Assembly (NCBI GenBank): GCA_043228905.1
Contig: JBHGNT010000021.1
Location: 2,542,001 to 2,606,000, forward strand
From: Azolla caroliniana
Lineage: Eukaryota; Plantae; Polypodiophyta
Direction: 5' to 3'
DNA length: 64,000 nt
Part shown: positions 1-14,016 of the stretch, in pieces
Layout: each line of letters begins with the position of its first letter
Position numbering within the stretch: position 1 is the stretch's first letter
Notes under the pieces: model-generated
Told to the model about the DNA's origin: nothing
What the model saw: the letters and a program-made list of their open reading frames with translations, nothing else
Databases searched by the model: none
Translations under genes and position numbers: made by a program

Positions 1-213
1 CATTTAATTGGTATAAATTTTCTGTAAAAGATATTGACAAATGCCTCTTTTGTAATTCTTGTTAACTTATTTTCTTTTATATATGTTGATAATAGAAAAA
101 TTATGGGCTTCTTCTGGTGTGCTGTATTAAAAGTTGGATATGTATCATTCTTGAGATTACTGGTCAGTGATATTTTATTAGCGGTCCTGTGGTATGGCAT
201 ACATTCTTTACAG

Positions 214-419
214 GTTGCTCGGGCAGCAGCATTTGCTATTGGACTCACTTATGGATCGATTAAGATTGCTTTTTTGCGGGTATTTATTGTTAAAGTTTAT
301 GGTTAAACAGGGTAAGGTTCCTCGTGAGCATTATGTTTGAAATAGATGTTTATATTTTTCATTATTTTCAGGCGGAAGCTAAATCACAACAAAAGGCTCC
401 AGCGAAGGCACACCATTGA
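214..419 (+). CDS. ATP21: Mitochondrial ATP synthase subunit e, last two exons (214-279, 372-419); 5' exon lies outside the window
   Basis: AG/GT-bounded exons splice in frame to VARAAAFAIGLTYGSIKIAFLR-AEAKSQQKAPAKAHH*, matching the plant subunit-e C-terminus (…YGSIKL…KAHH*). Confidence 0.88.
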
Positions 420-689
420 AAATGGCATCTTGTGACCCCCCATAGTGTTGATTCCTTTCAATACCCTACTGTTATATTTTCTTTGAGTAGGCCTCTTGGT
501 TTTCCATGACTGAAACCATCAGTGGTGACTATTCTTTTACTGTGGAGTTTTTTAGTTCCTCATTAAGAACTTAATTTCATGGTTCACCCCTTGAGGAATC
601 TCAAATAAATATGGTCCACGCGTTTCTTTTCCCTTGTTTTTCAAGGCTTGTCAGGGGATTACCAGAAGTTACAAGTCGGAAACTAATTA

Positions 690-1066
690 TGAAAAGGTTC
701 TAATGGGGAAATAATTAAGAGGTAACGATGCAGCAGTTGGAATGTTGGTTGGTTCTTGTTTTGCATGACTTGTTTCTTTGCTCCCCTCATCTTGTGGCAA
801 TTTTTTGATGCTCAGATTTTTTAAAGTAATTTGTCAACAACAAAATACAAATTTGTTTTTCTGCTATGGACAGTTATCAGGCATAGGGTAGGAGATGGAA
901 TTGCCCTTTCTTTTTGAATCTTAAACACCTCCGAAACTGAGGGAAAGGTTCTAATGGGGAAATAAATAAGAGATTCACGAAGCTGCAGTTGGAATGTTGG
1001 TTAGTTTTTGTTTTGCATGACATGTTTGTTTGCCGGCCACCCCTATCTTGTGGTGATTTTTAATGC
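690..1066 (+). repeat. Imperfect ~120-bp direct repeat (about 690-810 and 943-1066)
   Basis: Both copies read AAAGGTTCTAATGGGGAAATAA…GCAGTTGGAATGTTGGTT…TGTTTTGCATGAC…ATCTTGTGG. Confidence 0.8.
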
Positions 1067-3138
1067 CCTTACCTTCATCGGCAATTTCTGGATTCCCTTT
1101 GTTTGTTCCCCCCAGGAATCTGTAATATCTCTGTTTAAATGATGATTCTTACATTAGGAACTTCAAGTAGTCCCAACTTTCATGAAGAGAATTTTATTTA
1201 CATTGCCTATGTAAAGAATTTCCATAAATTCCAGCTCATTGATGGAAGATATTTCTTAGAGAATTTCATTTCCCTAGCACATGTAGAGATTTTTCAGCTC
1301 ATCGATGTTGGACTTCTGATTAAACCTGTGCTAGAGAATTACAAATACTCAGTAATCTTTCTGTCTAAAGCTTGATAATACTTCTATAAGTTATAGAGAG
1401 GTGAATGTATTATGTTACGTAGGTAGCATGGGTGTGTACAATTGTCTCTTTTCTCAGGTCAGCGCTATTGATGTGGAGAACTTACATAGGTTTTAGCTGT
1501 TTTGTTGGACAAGACTAATAAAATGTTTAACTTAGTTTCTTATGCATGTGTATTCTGATTCGTTTGTAGCATATTTCTAATCATGATTCTGATTACTTTA
1601 GCTATATTCCAAAATTCCCATTGCTTTTGATCTGTTTAATTCTGAAATATGTTATCAATTCCTTGAAATGGACAGGTTGTTGTTTGTTTGTCTATTGGTT
1701 GGCTTAGAAGTCAGAAGTATAGTTTCGAAGCTGTTTTGGAGATATTGTGATACTTGTTCACCTTTAATGAATTCAAATGGTGTTGGACACAACTGTTTTC
1801 TCTCTGTACTTGAGTTATGAAATGTGGAATATGGGGTTTTGACACAATTTTCATAAATTATAACCTAAAACAAGAGTGCTCCCAAGTGTTGCCATATTCT
1901 CAAATGTGATTTCTTTGGTAATCTCCTAAACTGACTTTCTGTCTACTATTGGTCTTAAAGTAGTGCTCCTTTTTTTTTGTCCACTTGTCCACCAGATTTC
2001 TCCATTGGGCTTGTTCTTCACCTAAATGTCCATCATTGCTACATCCTAATGGAATATCATTCCCTTCGATAGTTTCTCATTCATTCCATCCTTTTACCAA
2101 ATTGTTGTATCCACATTGATCTTACCAAATTCCACGGATAGTTAGTGTTTGATTGTATTTGGGCATATAGCCCAAATCAAGGACAATGCATTTCTCCTTG
2201 TTATGAAAATGAGTCTTACTCACCCCCCCCCCCCCCCCTCCAAACACACACACACAGTCTTGACCCATTGCCTCACCTATAGAGTTGTCAAATACACCGA
2301 CTTACTCAAGATGTGAAACATTTGAAGGAGGATTGCTCAATCGTATATTCAAAAAGTCATATGTGATGGATTATCCGTTTTAGTGCAAGGTGTGGTTGAA
2401 AAAACACAAGGGAACACTATCAACAAAGGGCCACTTGAAACAAGGTAAAAGATGCATGTACTCCTCATGGAATAAACAACGACTTTGTAACGTCGAAATA
2501 TGGTACCATATTGTGGGTGTGGCGCAGAGACACTAAAAAAAGATGGTTGGGAAGGGAGCAGAAAAAACAACCAATATGATGCTATTGGGGTGGTGGGGGA
2601 GAAGTCAAGCATCGTGATTGGGATTCGGTGGATCATTCATTGATTTGTTATGTGAAAGCAGGGCCATTGCATTGCATTGCTTTGGTGCATTGGGCACACA
2701 AAGGCTTTTATTCGTTGAGCCGATAAGGATGATGATGATGTCTGGAAGGCTATTGGCCGAGGCACAAGGGAACAACAAATAAATGGTGTTGAATAAAATG
2801 TGCTCCAATGATAATAGATATAGCTTGTAAATAATATAATACATTACATACATAACAATAACAATAACATACATACATACATGCATACATACATACATAT
2901 ATATCCAAAGTGATTGAGTGAGTGTGGTTGAGGATCCATTTTCATCACAGCTCCAGAAAAAGAAAAAACATTTTAAGGAAAATTTAAAATTTAAAAAACC
3001 TGAGAAAAAAAGAAAAAGGAAGAAGTAAACAGAGCAGGAAAGAAAACAGAGACACAGAACAGAGACAGAGAGAGAAAGGAAAGAACAGGAAGCACAGAGA
3101 AGGAGGAGGAGAACAGCTTTTGATCCATCTTCATAGCC

Positions 3139-4935
3139 ATGGCATCCATCGCAGTTGCTTCTTCTTCCTCCGCTGCTGCTTCTTCTTCCTCCTCTTCAGC
3201 TATCGCACAAATTTCTAGTCCTCGCCCTTCGCTATTCTCGTCTTCTTCTCCTCGCAGAATCTTTCTCGCAGGAAACCCTGTTAAGTTCAACAACTCTGTG
3301 TCGCAGAAAGGTAAGTCCCTAACCCTTCCTTGCAATAACACTAATCCCTAAACACTTAACCCTCACCCTAAAAACCAAATCCTAGACAGTAACCGAAAAA
3401 CACAGAAATCTAGCCGCTAACCCCCTAACCCAAATCTCTTTTTCTTCTGTTACCTCTGCTTTTGTTTTTCATTCTTTATATCCATACCTAAGCTCTTAGG
3501 CACTTTAGGCGAAATAAAAATATGAGATCTTGAGCCAAATTAGTTTATTTGAATCTGATGCAAAGTGAAGTTACATCAGAATTTTCAAATCTAGTTACAT
3601 ATACAACTGAAAAATAAAGTTATGTTGCGATATTGAGAATGCATATAGAGGCGTTCGTTTATTAGGGCTCAGCAAAGTAACCTAGTGAATTAGTTTAGAT
3701 GCAAATTGTAGTGAATTGGATAGTATCTCAGTGAAAGCATTATATTTCTGACGGGTCATTCTAGGAACCTCTCTCTTACGTTTAGTATGTCAATATTGAC
3801 ATGGCTTTTGGTTGATCCTCAAAGAATATAAAATTTCTATCATATGAAATGTGGTTTGAGCTGATCTTGATTGATCTTGAAGTATCAAGTGGATACGTAT
3901 GGTTCTTTTAAAGTTTGATCCTCAGGTAATGATTTTTTTCAAGATATGAATGTATTGCTAGAAGATCCTGAAAGCATTTAGAGTGTTGATGCTTTTTAAT
4001 GGATATTAAAGAATAGTTTTTAGATGTATGGGGTTGTACATGATGCTTTTGTTTAGTGGATGTTTAAGAATATTGATGTCCTCTAGATGTCACTGATGAG
4101 TAATGGTGTTGCTTAATGCCCAAAAAGAATAGACATTGATCATTATATAGGATGTATTGCTAGATAGAATACAAAATTGATTCATCATTGTGGCCCATGG
4201 TTTAGACTATGATTATACATATTTCATATGATTTTTTAGGATCACAAAGATTTTCACGCCTAGTTGTGCGAAACACTACCTCAACAGAAGAAGCCACGAC
4301 TGCGACCACAACCACAACCACAGAGTCAAGTTTGGATACTGAAGAACTCATTGGAGATCTCAAGGCCAAAGTAAATAATAATAATTAATGTGTTCGGTAC
4401 AATGGGATACTTACTTGTATTGACATTACGAACAATGGGTTTGATTTATATATAGTGGGACGCAATTGAAAATAAGACAAATGTCTTTATTTATGGTGGA
4501 GGCGCTCTTGTTGCTATTTGGGTGTCATCTACTGTCATTAGTGCTGTGAACTCTGTGCCACTGGTAAGAAAAATACTTTTATATTTATTCATAGATGTCT
4601 CACTATTAACATCAAAATCATCATTTGCTTTGTCACGATCATTTGTTAAGTTTTTATTTTGCTCATTGTTCAGCTCCCAAAAGTCCTAGAACTTGTGGGT
4701 TTAGGATACACGGGATGGTTTGTATATAGGTATCTTCTTTTCAAGGTGATTTCTTCTCACTCACTCACTCTCTCTCTTTAATGTAAGAAAAAGGCAACGG
4801 TTATTACTTCCTAATTTAATTTCCCATGTTGCTTTTATGCTTGATATATAGGAAAGCCGAAAGGAACTTGCAAGAGATATTGAGGATTTGACATCTAAGA
4901 TTACTGGAACTGGGCCAGAGAAACCGGCCGAGTAA
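3139..4935 (+). CDS. CURT1A: CURVATURE THYLAKOID 1 protein, 5 exons: 3139-3310, 4240-4370, 4456-4563, 4674-4745, 4852-4935
   Basis: Ser/Ala-rich transit peptide. The spliced product contains WDAIENKTNVFIYGGGALVAIWVSSTVISAVNSVPLLPKVLELVGLGYTGWFVYRYLLFKESRKELARDIE (CAAD/CURT1 domain). All introns are GT-AG with consistent phases. Confidence 0.95.
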
Positions 4936-6760
4936 AATTATGTGGATTGTACCTTGTATTTGTTTTCCTCTTTATTGAAAGTCTTTTCTCATTGCCTTGT
5001 AAATATCGAGGCTGAAAATGTTGGAAGTCGAGATGGGAATAATCTGAAGTTCTTTTGTAAAATTTTCATGTTTTGGTCATTTTTGTTCATTTTTTCGCAA
5101 ATGAATGTGCAGTGAATGTTTTTGTTTTGTTGATGCATCTTGTTATGGTCATTGTTGAGAGATGTAGTCATACGAATGTTTGCTGAAGCTCAGAAATGGA
5201 GTGCTTGTTAATGTTTTATTGAACCTCATGTTGTGCTAGTCCAGATTTGTACGTCATTGAGAAATGTCCATCTACAAATCTTAATTGAGGGGAATTTACT
5301 GAAATATGCGTATCTGAACCTCAAAAAGTGATTGCTTACTATCAGAATGACCTATATATGCTTGGTCAGATTAGGTGCTCCAAATCACAAAGAAGAGCAA
5401 AGTTACCAATTTGCTTCTACTTATCTCAATTAGTACGTACTCACTTTCTAATTAAAAGCAGAATTTAAGAAAATATGTCTAGCTCATTTGTCCTTCATTT
5501 CTTTGGTGGTAGTCGTCCTCTTTTATAGAAGGAACTATTAGTTGCTTATTTCAAACTGTTAGCAACACTGGGTTACTAATTAGACAAATGAGGTTATGGT
5601 TGCTTTCTAAAGATAAACAGCTGCTAGATAGTTAAGTCTTGTAATAAAAAACCACATTTCATAACCATTGACAAATAATATCAAAACTTTGTATGCAAGG
5701 TATAATGCTGTGCTTAATGTGAATTTCAATGCAATTTAAAGTGTTTTTTGACTTATTATAGTTGAGTTCTTCCTTATTGAATGCGGCATGGAAACTAAAC
5801 TTAAAGTTAATATTGAGATGTTGTTTTAGAGCACGAAATGTAAACTTGGGAATTTGGCATAGGGCAGTAAGCAAGGACCATGCTATGTGACAATTAGCCT
5901 TTTCTCTAAAATATAGGATAGGATAGAGAGGTAAGATTTTATGGCTTTGCCCTCCAACAATCAATCAACTTCAATGTAAGTCAATATTGTGATTTAACAA
6001 ATAATGAGAGGAAGGGCTAATCAAATGGTAGTTGTGGTGGTTGTAATAACTATTACAAATAAAAGAGGAGATTTCTCTCCTCTTTGTTGAATCATTGGAA
6101 AGAAAATGAGAGAAGGTAGGGGATAAGGGAACTATTGGAGTGGTGGAACGTGGAGAGAGATGAAAGCACACCAAAGGTGAAGGCACTTTGTGGGGTTGAC
6201 GTTGACATTGAGAGACGAATTTTATTGGGGATAATGGGATTCAACAAACAATGATACCCTATTAGTCAACGAATGGTAAGCATAGTGAGTAACGGGATTC
6301 AACAAAACAATGATACTCTCGTAGTCTAGCAAACAATGAATGCTTTGTAGCCTAACACGTTATGTTGGATAGGGATTTTGTCCACAAGGGATGTGGTGGC
6401 AACACGTACAAAATGACGATTTTCTTTATGATCATTGCATGGTAGATAATTGTTTTTTTGGTTTGGACCAATGGCTATATACATTGGGATCACGACACTA
6501 GAGGTTTGTGTTTACATTGTGTCTCATTCAACACACTTGGTGAGGGATCTAGGGTAGGTAAAAGAAGATGTTTCTCATTACTCTGTGTGACCTGAGAGAC
6601 CATCCGAAGTGAGATGGTACAATAGTTTACCGTTCACACAAGGAGACCATAACACGATATACAAGAACTCGAAAGAGTGCTACAAGTATGCCTTCTTATG
6701 GGTAGGGATAGGCCAAGATTGGAAACATGGGGGAAAGCAAACTCTTGAATGATACTTGCA

Positions 6761-6893
6761 TGTATTGGATATTTGGATTGTAGTATGATTCTTAGAGGTA
6801 TTGGATTATTGGATTGTGGTATGATCCTTAGGTGTATTGGATTTGAGTCTTACATGTATTGGATTATTGGAGTTGTAGTATGATTTTTAGATG
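6761..6893 (+). repeat. Degenerate ~35-bp tandem repeat
   Basis: Recurrent GTATTGGATTATTGGATTGTAGTATGAT..TTAG units, about 4 copies. Confidence 0.7.
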
Positions 6894-7750
6894 CGCAGAG
6901 TAGTAGTGGGCAGTGGTAATGTGAATCAGGGGTCTACTTAAGAGAGATATCAGAAGAGGAGGAATAAGATTGAAGAAAATGGAACTGTAGAAGAAAAGGT
7001 AGTAAGTAGCATTAGGTTTTTGAAAAGGTCAAAAGCAGGCAGACATTAAAGGTATGTGTCCTTTATATATCTATATATATGTATGATACTAAACACCAAA
7101 CACAAATATTTGTGAGTTTATCTTCTTCTCTTTTTTTCTTATTATGTATATCAATACTGTACATGCATATGCATATGTGGCTTCTTTGATTTTTTTGTTA
7201 CTGTAATGATTCATTTCTCTGATAGTTTTATGAGCTTCAATATCTGCACTAATATCTCCTTCTAATTCCACCTGACATAATTATATATATCTGTCTCTTT
7301 CTGTCTTTCTCTTCATACATACATATATTTGCATACATATACAAATATCTATCAATCTATACATTGATTTGGCCTCCCACAACCACGAAAAGATTTTGTA
7401 CAGATCGATTCGGCTCTTCAATACACGGTTATAGAGCGCAAATTTGGATCTAATGGAAGCATGAAAAGGATTCCAGTAAATCGATTCTATTTGTAGCCTA
7501 TAATTTTGATCGAATCGAAAGCACATAAAAAAGCCATCGATAGATCGATTTGCAGGATGAGTGCATGAAATGATAGAAAACCAGTCTGAAGTTCTTCTTT
7601 AACTCCCAATGATCGATTTGCAGATGATACCAAGTATGTGTTCTATCCTAACAGTGGTGTTTTATGAAGTTCCCCCCAATTCTGTGTAGACAGCACCTAT
7701 ATATTTTGATCCCATCAGGTGATTCCTTTTAACCCCCCCTCATTCTGTCT

Positions 7751-7933
7751 AGAAATGCAGAGATATTTTTGATCCAGGCAATCAAATCCTTCAGCCCTGA
7801 TCTGCTTCAGAAGTGCAGAGATATTTTTGATCCAGGCAATCATATCCTTCAACCCTGATCTGCTTCAGAAGTGCAGAGATATTTTTGATCCAGGCAATCA
7901 AATCCTTCAGCCCTGATCTGCTTCAGAAGTGCA
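7751..7933 (+). repeat. 58-bp tandem repeat x3.1 upstream of the PUB coding sequence
   Basis: AGAAGTGCAGAGATATTTTTGATCCAGGCAATCAAATCCTTCAGCCCTGATCTGCTTC starts at 7751, 7809 and 7867. Confidence 0.95.
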
Positions 7934-8214
7934 CTCCTCCTAAGCCATCGAAGTCCTTTTTAAAAAAAAAAAACCCTAACCTCTCTCCAGTGCACTGGTT
8001 TTTTAATCCCATCCGCGGAACCCTAAAACCCATGGCTCCTACCTAAGTGCACCAAGGCTTGATCCGATCCATCACAGTTGATGTCTTTAAGCCCAATTCC
8101 TTTCAACTGCACCAGACACTCCCATCATCTGAAGCTTCTTCGAAAATCCTTGTTACTAATACAGAAATCTGTCTTTCAACGCATCCTTCTCCTCCTCCTC
8201 CTCCTCCTCCTTCG

Positions 8215-10422
8215 ATGCCGTCAAGATCCCTTTCATGGAGAAGAAGAGTCCATCCATGGATCGAAGGACCTTCTACCGTTCTACACCCTCTCGACCCATC
8301 CATCGTTGCTCTTGTAAGCTCTCTTCTGAATGCATCCAAAGAACTCAAATCTTGCAAGAAGCCTCGCATCTGCCATAGAAGGAACTCCATCATGCTATGC
8401 AGAAGGGCTGCTCTCCTCTCTGACCTCTTCCAGGAGATAAAGAGCTCAGGCATCTGGATAGCCCCATCCGCCATGGCTTCTTTCCGGAGCCTCCGCTCCA
8501 CATTCCACACCATTAAAGCACTTCTCCACAATTGCAGACATACAAGCAACTTGCTGCTCCTCATGGAGCAAGACATGGTCTCCTCACAGTTCCATAGCCT
8601 CACGAGATCGATCGCGGCCGCGCTGTCGTCTCTGCCGTACGATCTGCTCGAGATCTCGGATGATGTGAAGGAGCAAGTGGCCATGGTGCAGGGCCAAGCC
8701 AGCAGGTTCGAGGCCTACGTCGATCCCGACGAATGGAAGCTCCGCCGCGAGGTCTTGGACATTATGTCGGATTTCGAAATGCAAGTGAGCCCCGGATCGG
8801 AGAAGCTCAAGAGCATCTTCGAGAAGCTGCTGTTCAACAATGCAGTCGATTGCGAGAGAGAGCTCTCCCTCCTCGAGAAGGAGAAGGAGAAGCTGAAAGC
8901 CGACGCGCTCCTCGCCGAGATCCCCAACATAAACAGCTTGATAAGCTTTGTGAGGTATGCAAGATGTGTTCTGTATGGATTAGGGCCGGAGCAGGAAGTG
9001 GCGGCGGCTTGTCGAAAGTATGACCTACTGGCATGTAAAAGCATGAAGAAAATGGTCTTCGAAGTCAAGCCGATGGGCGAAGAAGCTTTGCCGGGGGATT
9101 CGGCCTACATTCCCGATGATTTCCGGTGCCCGATTTCGCTAGAATTGATGGTCGATCCTGTGGTCATCGCGAGCGGGCAAAGCTATGAGAGGTATTCGAT
9201 CATTCGATGGTTTGAGGAAGGCCATACAACTTGCCCTAAGACGGGCTCGAATCTCGCCTGCACCGATATCATCCCGAATTCAAGCCTCCGCCGCCTCATC
9301 ACGCAGTGGTGCTCCGAGAATGATTACGTGTTGGAGAGCCGAGACAAAACATCGGCCGTCGGTGGTTCGAAAGAGTGTGGCGGCGGACAACATCTCAAGA
9401 CGTTGCAAGTTGATCGGTTGCCCAACACGAAGGCAACCATGGAAGCCACCAAGCTCACCGCCGAGTTCTTGGTACAAAAGCTTCAGAAATCGGGCGGACA
9501 TGTGGAGGTGCAAAGACAAGCGGCATATGAGCTTCGGCTCATGGCGAAGGAAGGAATGGACAACAGGATTTGTGTGGCGGCCGCCGGAGCTATCCCGGTG
9601 CTAGTAAAGCTCATGGCGAGCTCGACCGACAAGGCTACCCAAGAGAACGTGGTCACGGCATTGTTGAACCTATCGTTGAACGAGAGGAACAAGGAGGAGA
9701 TCATGGCAGTGGAAGGTGCGGTCGATGGCCTCGTTAGGGTCTTGAGAGATAGCCGGGGCGCTTCGGATGCGGCCAGGGAGAACGCGGCAGCCGCGCTTTT
9801 TAGCCTCACCACTTCGAAAGGCAACCGAGAAGCGATCGGTTCGAAGAAAGGCGCTATCGATGGCCTCTTGGAGCTCATGAGAACGGGCCGGAGCCGGGGC
9901 AAGAAAGACGCAACTCTTGCTTTGTTGAACATAGGCCTAGGGAATGGGCACCAAGCCATGTCCCTCCTGAAGAAGGGAACCGTCTTGACGGTGCTTGAGC
10001 TCTTGGAAAGCGAGCACAATGGCGAAGACCGAGAGCTCTCGGCCGAGCTAGTGGCTCTCCTCGGGGTTTTGGCCCGGCGACCCGAGGGTTTGGTAGCCGT
10101 TATCTCGGGATTGGCTCGGGTGGTCCCGCAACTTGTCCAGATACTCGTGAACGGGAGTGACGATGCCAAGGAGCGGACAGCCGCCCTTTTGCTTGCGGCT
10201 TGCTCGTCTTCCGATGACCTCGTGCCCTTGTATCCACACTTGTCGTCCAGTTCATTATCCGCCGACCTCAGGCGCCGGCTCTTGGGCTCGCCATTGCTTC
10301 TTTCCGCTCTCAAACGGCTCGTCATCGGCGGAAAACCGAGGGCCCAACGCAAGGCCACCTCGCTCCTAAAAGTGCTTCAACGCCTCTCGCCCCCTCCTCC
10401 TCCATCCTCACCTTCTCCCTAG
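8215..10422 (+). CDS. Plant U-box/ARM-repeat E3 ubiquitin ligase (UND-U-box-ARM, PUB16/17/18/19-like), intronless
   Basis: U-box IPDDFRCPISLELMVDPVVIASGQSYERYSIIRWFEEGHTTCPKTG…IIPNSSLRRLITQWC, followed by ARM repeats (ELRLMAK, QENVVTALLNLS, RENAAAALFSL, RGKKDA). The ORF track starts at GTG 8047; the first in-frame ATG is 8215. Confidence 0.95.
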   Translation: MPSRSLSWRRRVHPWIEGPSTVLHPLDPSIVALVSSLLNASKELKSCKKPRICHRRNSIMLCRRAALLSDLFQEIKSSGIWIAPSAMASFRSLRSTFHTIKALLHNCRHTSNLLLLMEQDMVSSQFHSLTRSIAAALSSLPYDLLEISDDVKEQVAMVQGQASRFEAYVDPDEWKLRREVLDIMSDFEMQVSPGSEKLKSIFEKLLFNNAVDCERELSLLEKEKEKLKADALLAEIPNINSLISFVRYARCVLYGLGPEQEVAAACRKYDLLACKSMKKMVFEVKPMGEEALPGDSAYIPDDFRCPISLELMVDPVVIASGQSYERYSIIRWFEEGHTTCPKTGSNLACTDIIPNSSLRRLITQWCSENDYVLESRDKTSAVGGSKECGGGQHLKTLQVDRLPNTKATMEATKLTAEFLVQKLQKSGGHVEVQRQAAYELRLMAKEGMDNRICVAAAGAIPVLVKLMASSTDKATQENVVTALLNLSLNERNKEEIMAVEGAVDGLVRVLRDSRGASDAARENAAAALFSLTTSKGNREAIGSKKGAIDGLLELMRTGRSRGKKDATLALLNIGLGNGHQAMSLLKKGTVLTVLELLESEHNGEDRELSAELVALLGVLARRPEGLVAVISGLARVVPQLVQILVNGSDDAKERTAALLLAACSSSDDLVPLYPHLSSSSLSADLRRRLLGSPLLLSALKRLVIGGKPRAQRKATSLLKVLQRLSPPPPPSSPSP

Positions 10423-13400
10423 CCTTGTCCCTCCTCTAGGGGACATTTTTTCTTTGGATTGTGCTCTTGATGTGTTAAGGCTTTACCTTATGATGCTTTG
10501 TTGGTAAAAGCTTATTTATACTACCTACTTCATTATAATGCTCCAAAGGAGTGTCCTTCCTTCCTTCTCCTTCTCACTATATTTTTTCTCAATGCAATTT
10601 GTTGGTTTTGCATTTCCTTACCAATGTTAGAAAATATGTAATTAAAACTAATCAAACTTGATTAGTAGAAAATTAGAGTTATAGAAGCTTATTAAGGAAG
10701 AAAACAAATGATTATAATAGATCAATAAAAACAATAGTAGAATGAATATTTCTATAAAAAATGAAGCTAAGTAATAAAAGCTCATACACACAAAAAGAGC
10801 TTTTAAAGATTTATACATGTAACATTTATCCTCCAAATAGATATAGAGAATACATTTTTGGGTGCGAGCAATATAATGACAATTCTATACCTCCAAAATT
10901 GACAAAAGAGCGTTTCTTAAGATGCTCGTTTATGCAAATCGCTTATGTTTAAACAAGACTTTTGTAATGCATAAAACAAATGTGGTTTGAATGGTGTTGT
11001 TGAAAGATGAACATGTATCTTTTCACTTGCTCCATAGATACTGAATTCCTTGAGCCTAGGCATGAAAAACCTCAAATCAAACATCTTGAATGTTATATGT
11101 TGAATTTCAAGAAGCAAATTTAGTCCTTGGATAGAAAATGGGTTTGTGGAAAGTAAGGTGTTGTCAATTTTTTTAAAGGATCAAGAATTAGATTGCAAAC
11201 ATTACTTTCAATCCTTAATCACTAAATCAAAAGAAATAACACAAAGTAGATGAACATTCTCCTAGGGTTCTCGTAGTGGCCATGAGCTTACTTTTAATCA
11301 AACAAATTTTTATAGATTTGGGAGTGGATGGAAGTGACTCTTGTTATGTTAAATCTTGCTCATACTAATATCTTGATCTTTATGCTTTGTTCACAATAAT
11401 GAGTTCTTCGTGTTTTCGCATCCTATTTATCCCATTGTCCCTCGAGGATTTCCAATTTAAAAAATGTTTGGGGATTGCGATCACATTAGCAATTCAAAAG
11501 CTTTTCAAGCATGAGCATAGGACGATCTTTTATTGCAATCGATTCAAATAGACAAAATATAATTCAATGAACAAATCTAGAACAATGAAAGTTAGGCCAA
11601 GCTAATTGCTAGGAACATAGTAGATTGATTCTTGTAAGAGGAGCACTATTCTAACAATGAAGTGTAAGTTATAAGTTATAACTATTGATGTTCTCATGCA
11701 TAGAAAAATTTAAAAACCGGAAGCACGAGATGAAGCATTTGTTTTAGAAAGCTTCTACACTCTTCCGCGAAGTCTTATGAGACATTGTCTCCTGTCAAAG
11801 CTTAAAGAGTTTGAAAACAATGGATTGACTTTGTTTTAATAATTAATTAATTAAAAATAGGACTTCGTATTATGTCCTACCTATGAGTCTGTGACTCTCC
11901 TCATGAAAATGACAAAAGTGTTGTCATATTTGGCAATGAAGATAGTAGATAGTTGGAAATAACGTTTCTTTCAAATTTGAGCTCCTAGAATAGCACATCA
12001 AATTTTTGAAAGCCATATTACACATGAGGTAGCTCGCCTTCTGAGGGAGATGATTTTAATACAAAATTGCAATATTCCACATAATTCTATCATTTGTTTC
12101 TCTATTGCAATCAAATATTTCATGTTTTCTAATCTTTGACACCCCTATTCTTTTTTGACATATAAATAAATCTAGTAGCTCAATGTTGACTTTGTATGTC
12201 ATTATTAGTCACATAGGAGACACTAACTTCCAACACACAGACAAAAATAGCAAAAGAAAGAGAGACGAGGTCGTAATGAAGTTCCACAAATTCTACGGTA
12301 GAGGAATTCTATTGATCACTTGGTCCTCGGCCCCATATTCTAAAGCACAAAAAAAGGATTAACAGAAGCCACACATATGTTATATATGGATTAGCTTGAC
12401 TAATTGATATCTAAGATTTTGATAAATGTTTAGTAATATTCTTCTTAAGCCTTGTTAGAATAAATATGTTTCCCATGCCATATCCTTCACAAGACATACA
12501 AATATTTATGAAAGTCACACAAATGTCAGAATATAAAAATAAATGCTCATAAATCCGCGATTTAAAAACATCAATAATCACAACATATGTGTGGGTTTGC
12601 AGCCCAAGACAATTATCTAGATTTATCGTTTAATACTAATTCACTTCCGTTCTCATCAACAACATTATTATTCAATCAATTTAAAAAGCAAGGGCTCCTT
12701 TCATGACAATAGATGGTGTTGGCATTCAACAAAATTGAAAATACAAGGTCTTGAATCAACTTGTCCACTTACATAAAACCAACTTGTTGAACAAACATAT
12801 GAATGACAAATCCTTGTCCATGGAAGTATAATGTGATTGACTTTTTCAGTTATTGCCAACAAAGACGACCTTCTCTACAAAACTTTATGGCATCGTAAAG
12901 TTAGAACCAAAAAACAAGATGTTAAGGTCAATTGATCCATGAGGATTTGTTTTAAAACAACATTGAAGTTTAAAAAGGTTCCATGACATTGAAATGTAGT
13001 TCATCTTCCACATCTCAGTTCTCATTGTTAGATTTCCATGATCCATCCATAATGCCTCCATACTTTTTGAGACTCAAGAACATGGGCCTAGGAAATATAA
13101 TATGACAAATCACCTCAAAATCACTTGTAGTAACTTTACTAGGATAAAGAAACCATACATTTAATTATTCGTTTCCATGTACGTTTTTTTTAGGTTTACA
13201 TGTGCAACGATGAGAAGATGCTTAAAGCTAAAGACATGTTGTAAAGATGATGAACGACCAATAAATCCTAAATACCATAAGGTATATCCAAGGCTTATAT
13301 ATAGATCATGATCAACTTTTCTTAAATCCGAGATAGATATAAAATTATCTTGGCATCCACAATGAGAAACTGTATGATTCTTCAAAACAAAACTATGAAA

Positions 13401-14016
13401 CTGTAATACCAAAACTTGTTCGTAGCTTGAGGGAGTGTCTCCGGATGCGATAATAGTTTCTTTGGATTTCAAGCTTGCAGTGGCATAGACTCTAGTGATA
13501 AAGGCCAAAAATACATATCCAGCTTGTAAAAAGAGAGAGTTTTTCTTTTTTTTTGAACGCATTGTTGGTGGTAATTCCTTGCTTGATATGGATGCTAAAT
13601 ATGGTTGGATTGTTAAAGCTACATGAGTGTTCAATAGTTTTCTAGTTAAATATATTGCAATATTCTTTGTAATTGTGGACTGTTTTGTATATTGCCTTTG
13701 GCCACTTTAAGTTTAATACCAATGGAGGGCATTTTTTATGGGAAAAAAAAACCACGAAACTGTATTGACAATGCATGAAACTTTTATGTAGGCACCCCAA
13801 CATCAAAAGAATATTCTTTTGATGTTAAAATGTAGACTTAGTAGGTTGAGGTGCAAGATATGAGTGTTGGGATAAAGCATTTCCTTTTTCCTTGTTGTGG
13901 CTTAGCCCAATATGTAATCTTAAATATAAAAGACGTGGGGAAATTGTGTGCCATGAGCTTATCACCTATTTAGAACTCTAGCATTCTTGAAGTGCGTAAG
14001 GTTCTTGTCATCAAGA

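Noticed and set aside
6581-6645. Hammerhead-ribozyme-like fold (CTGAGAG-ACCATC…GATGGT)
   Set aside because: The core lacks both the CUGANGA spacing and the GAAA strand.
9483-10358. 291-aa antisense ORF, and many antisense ORFs over the young copia
   Set aside because: These are shadow ORFs of GC-rich coding sequence.
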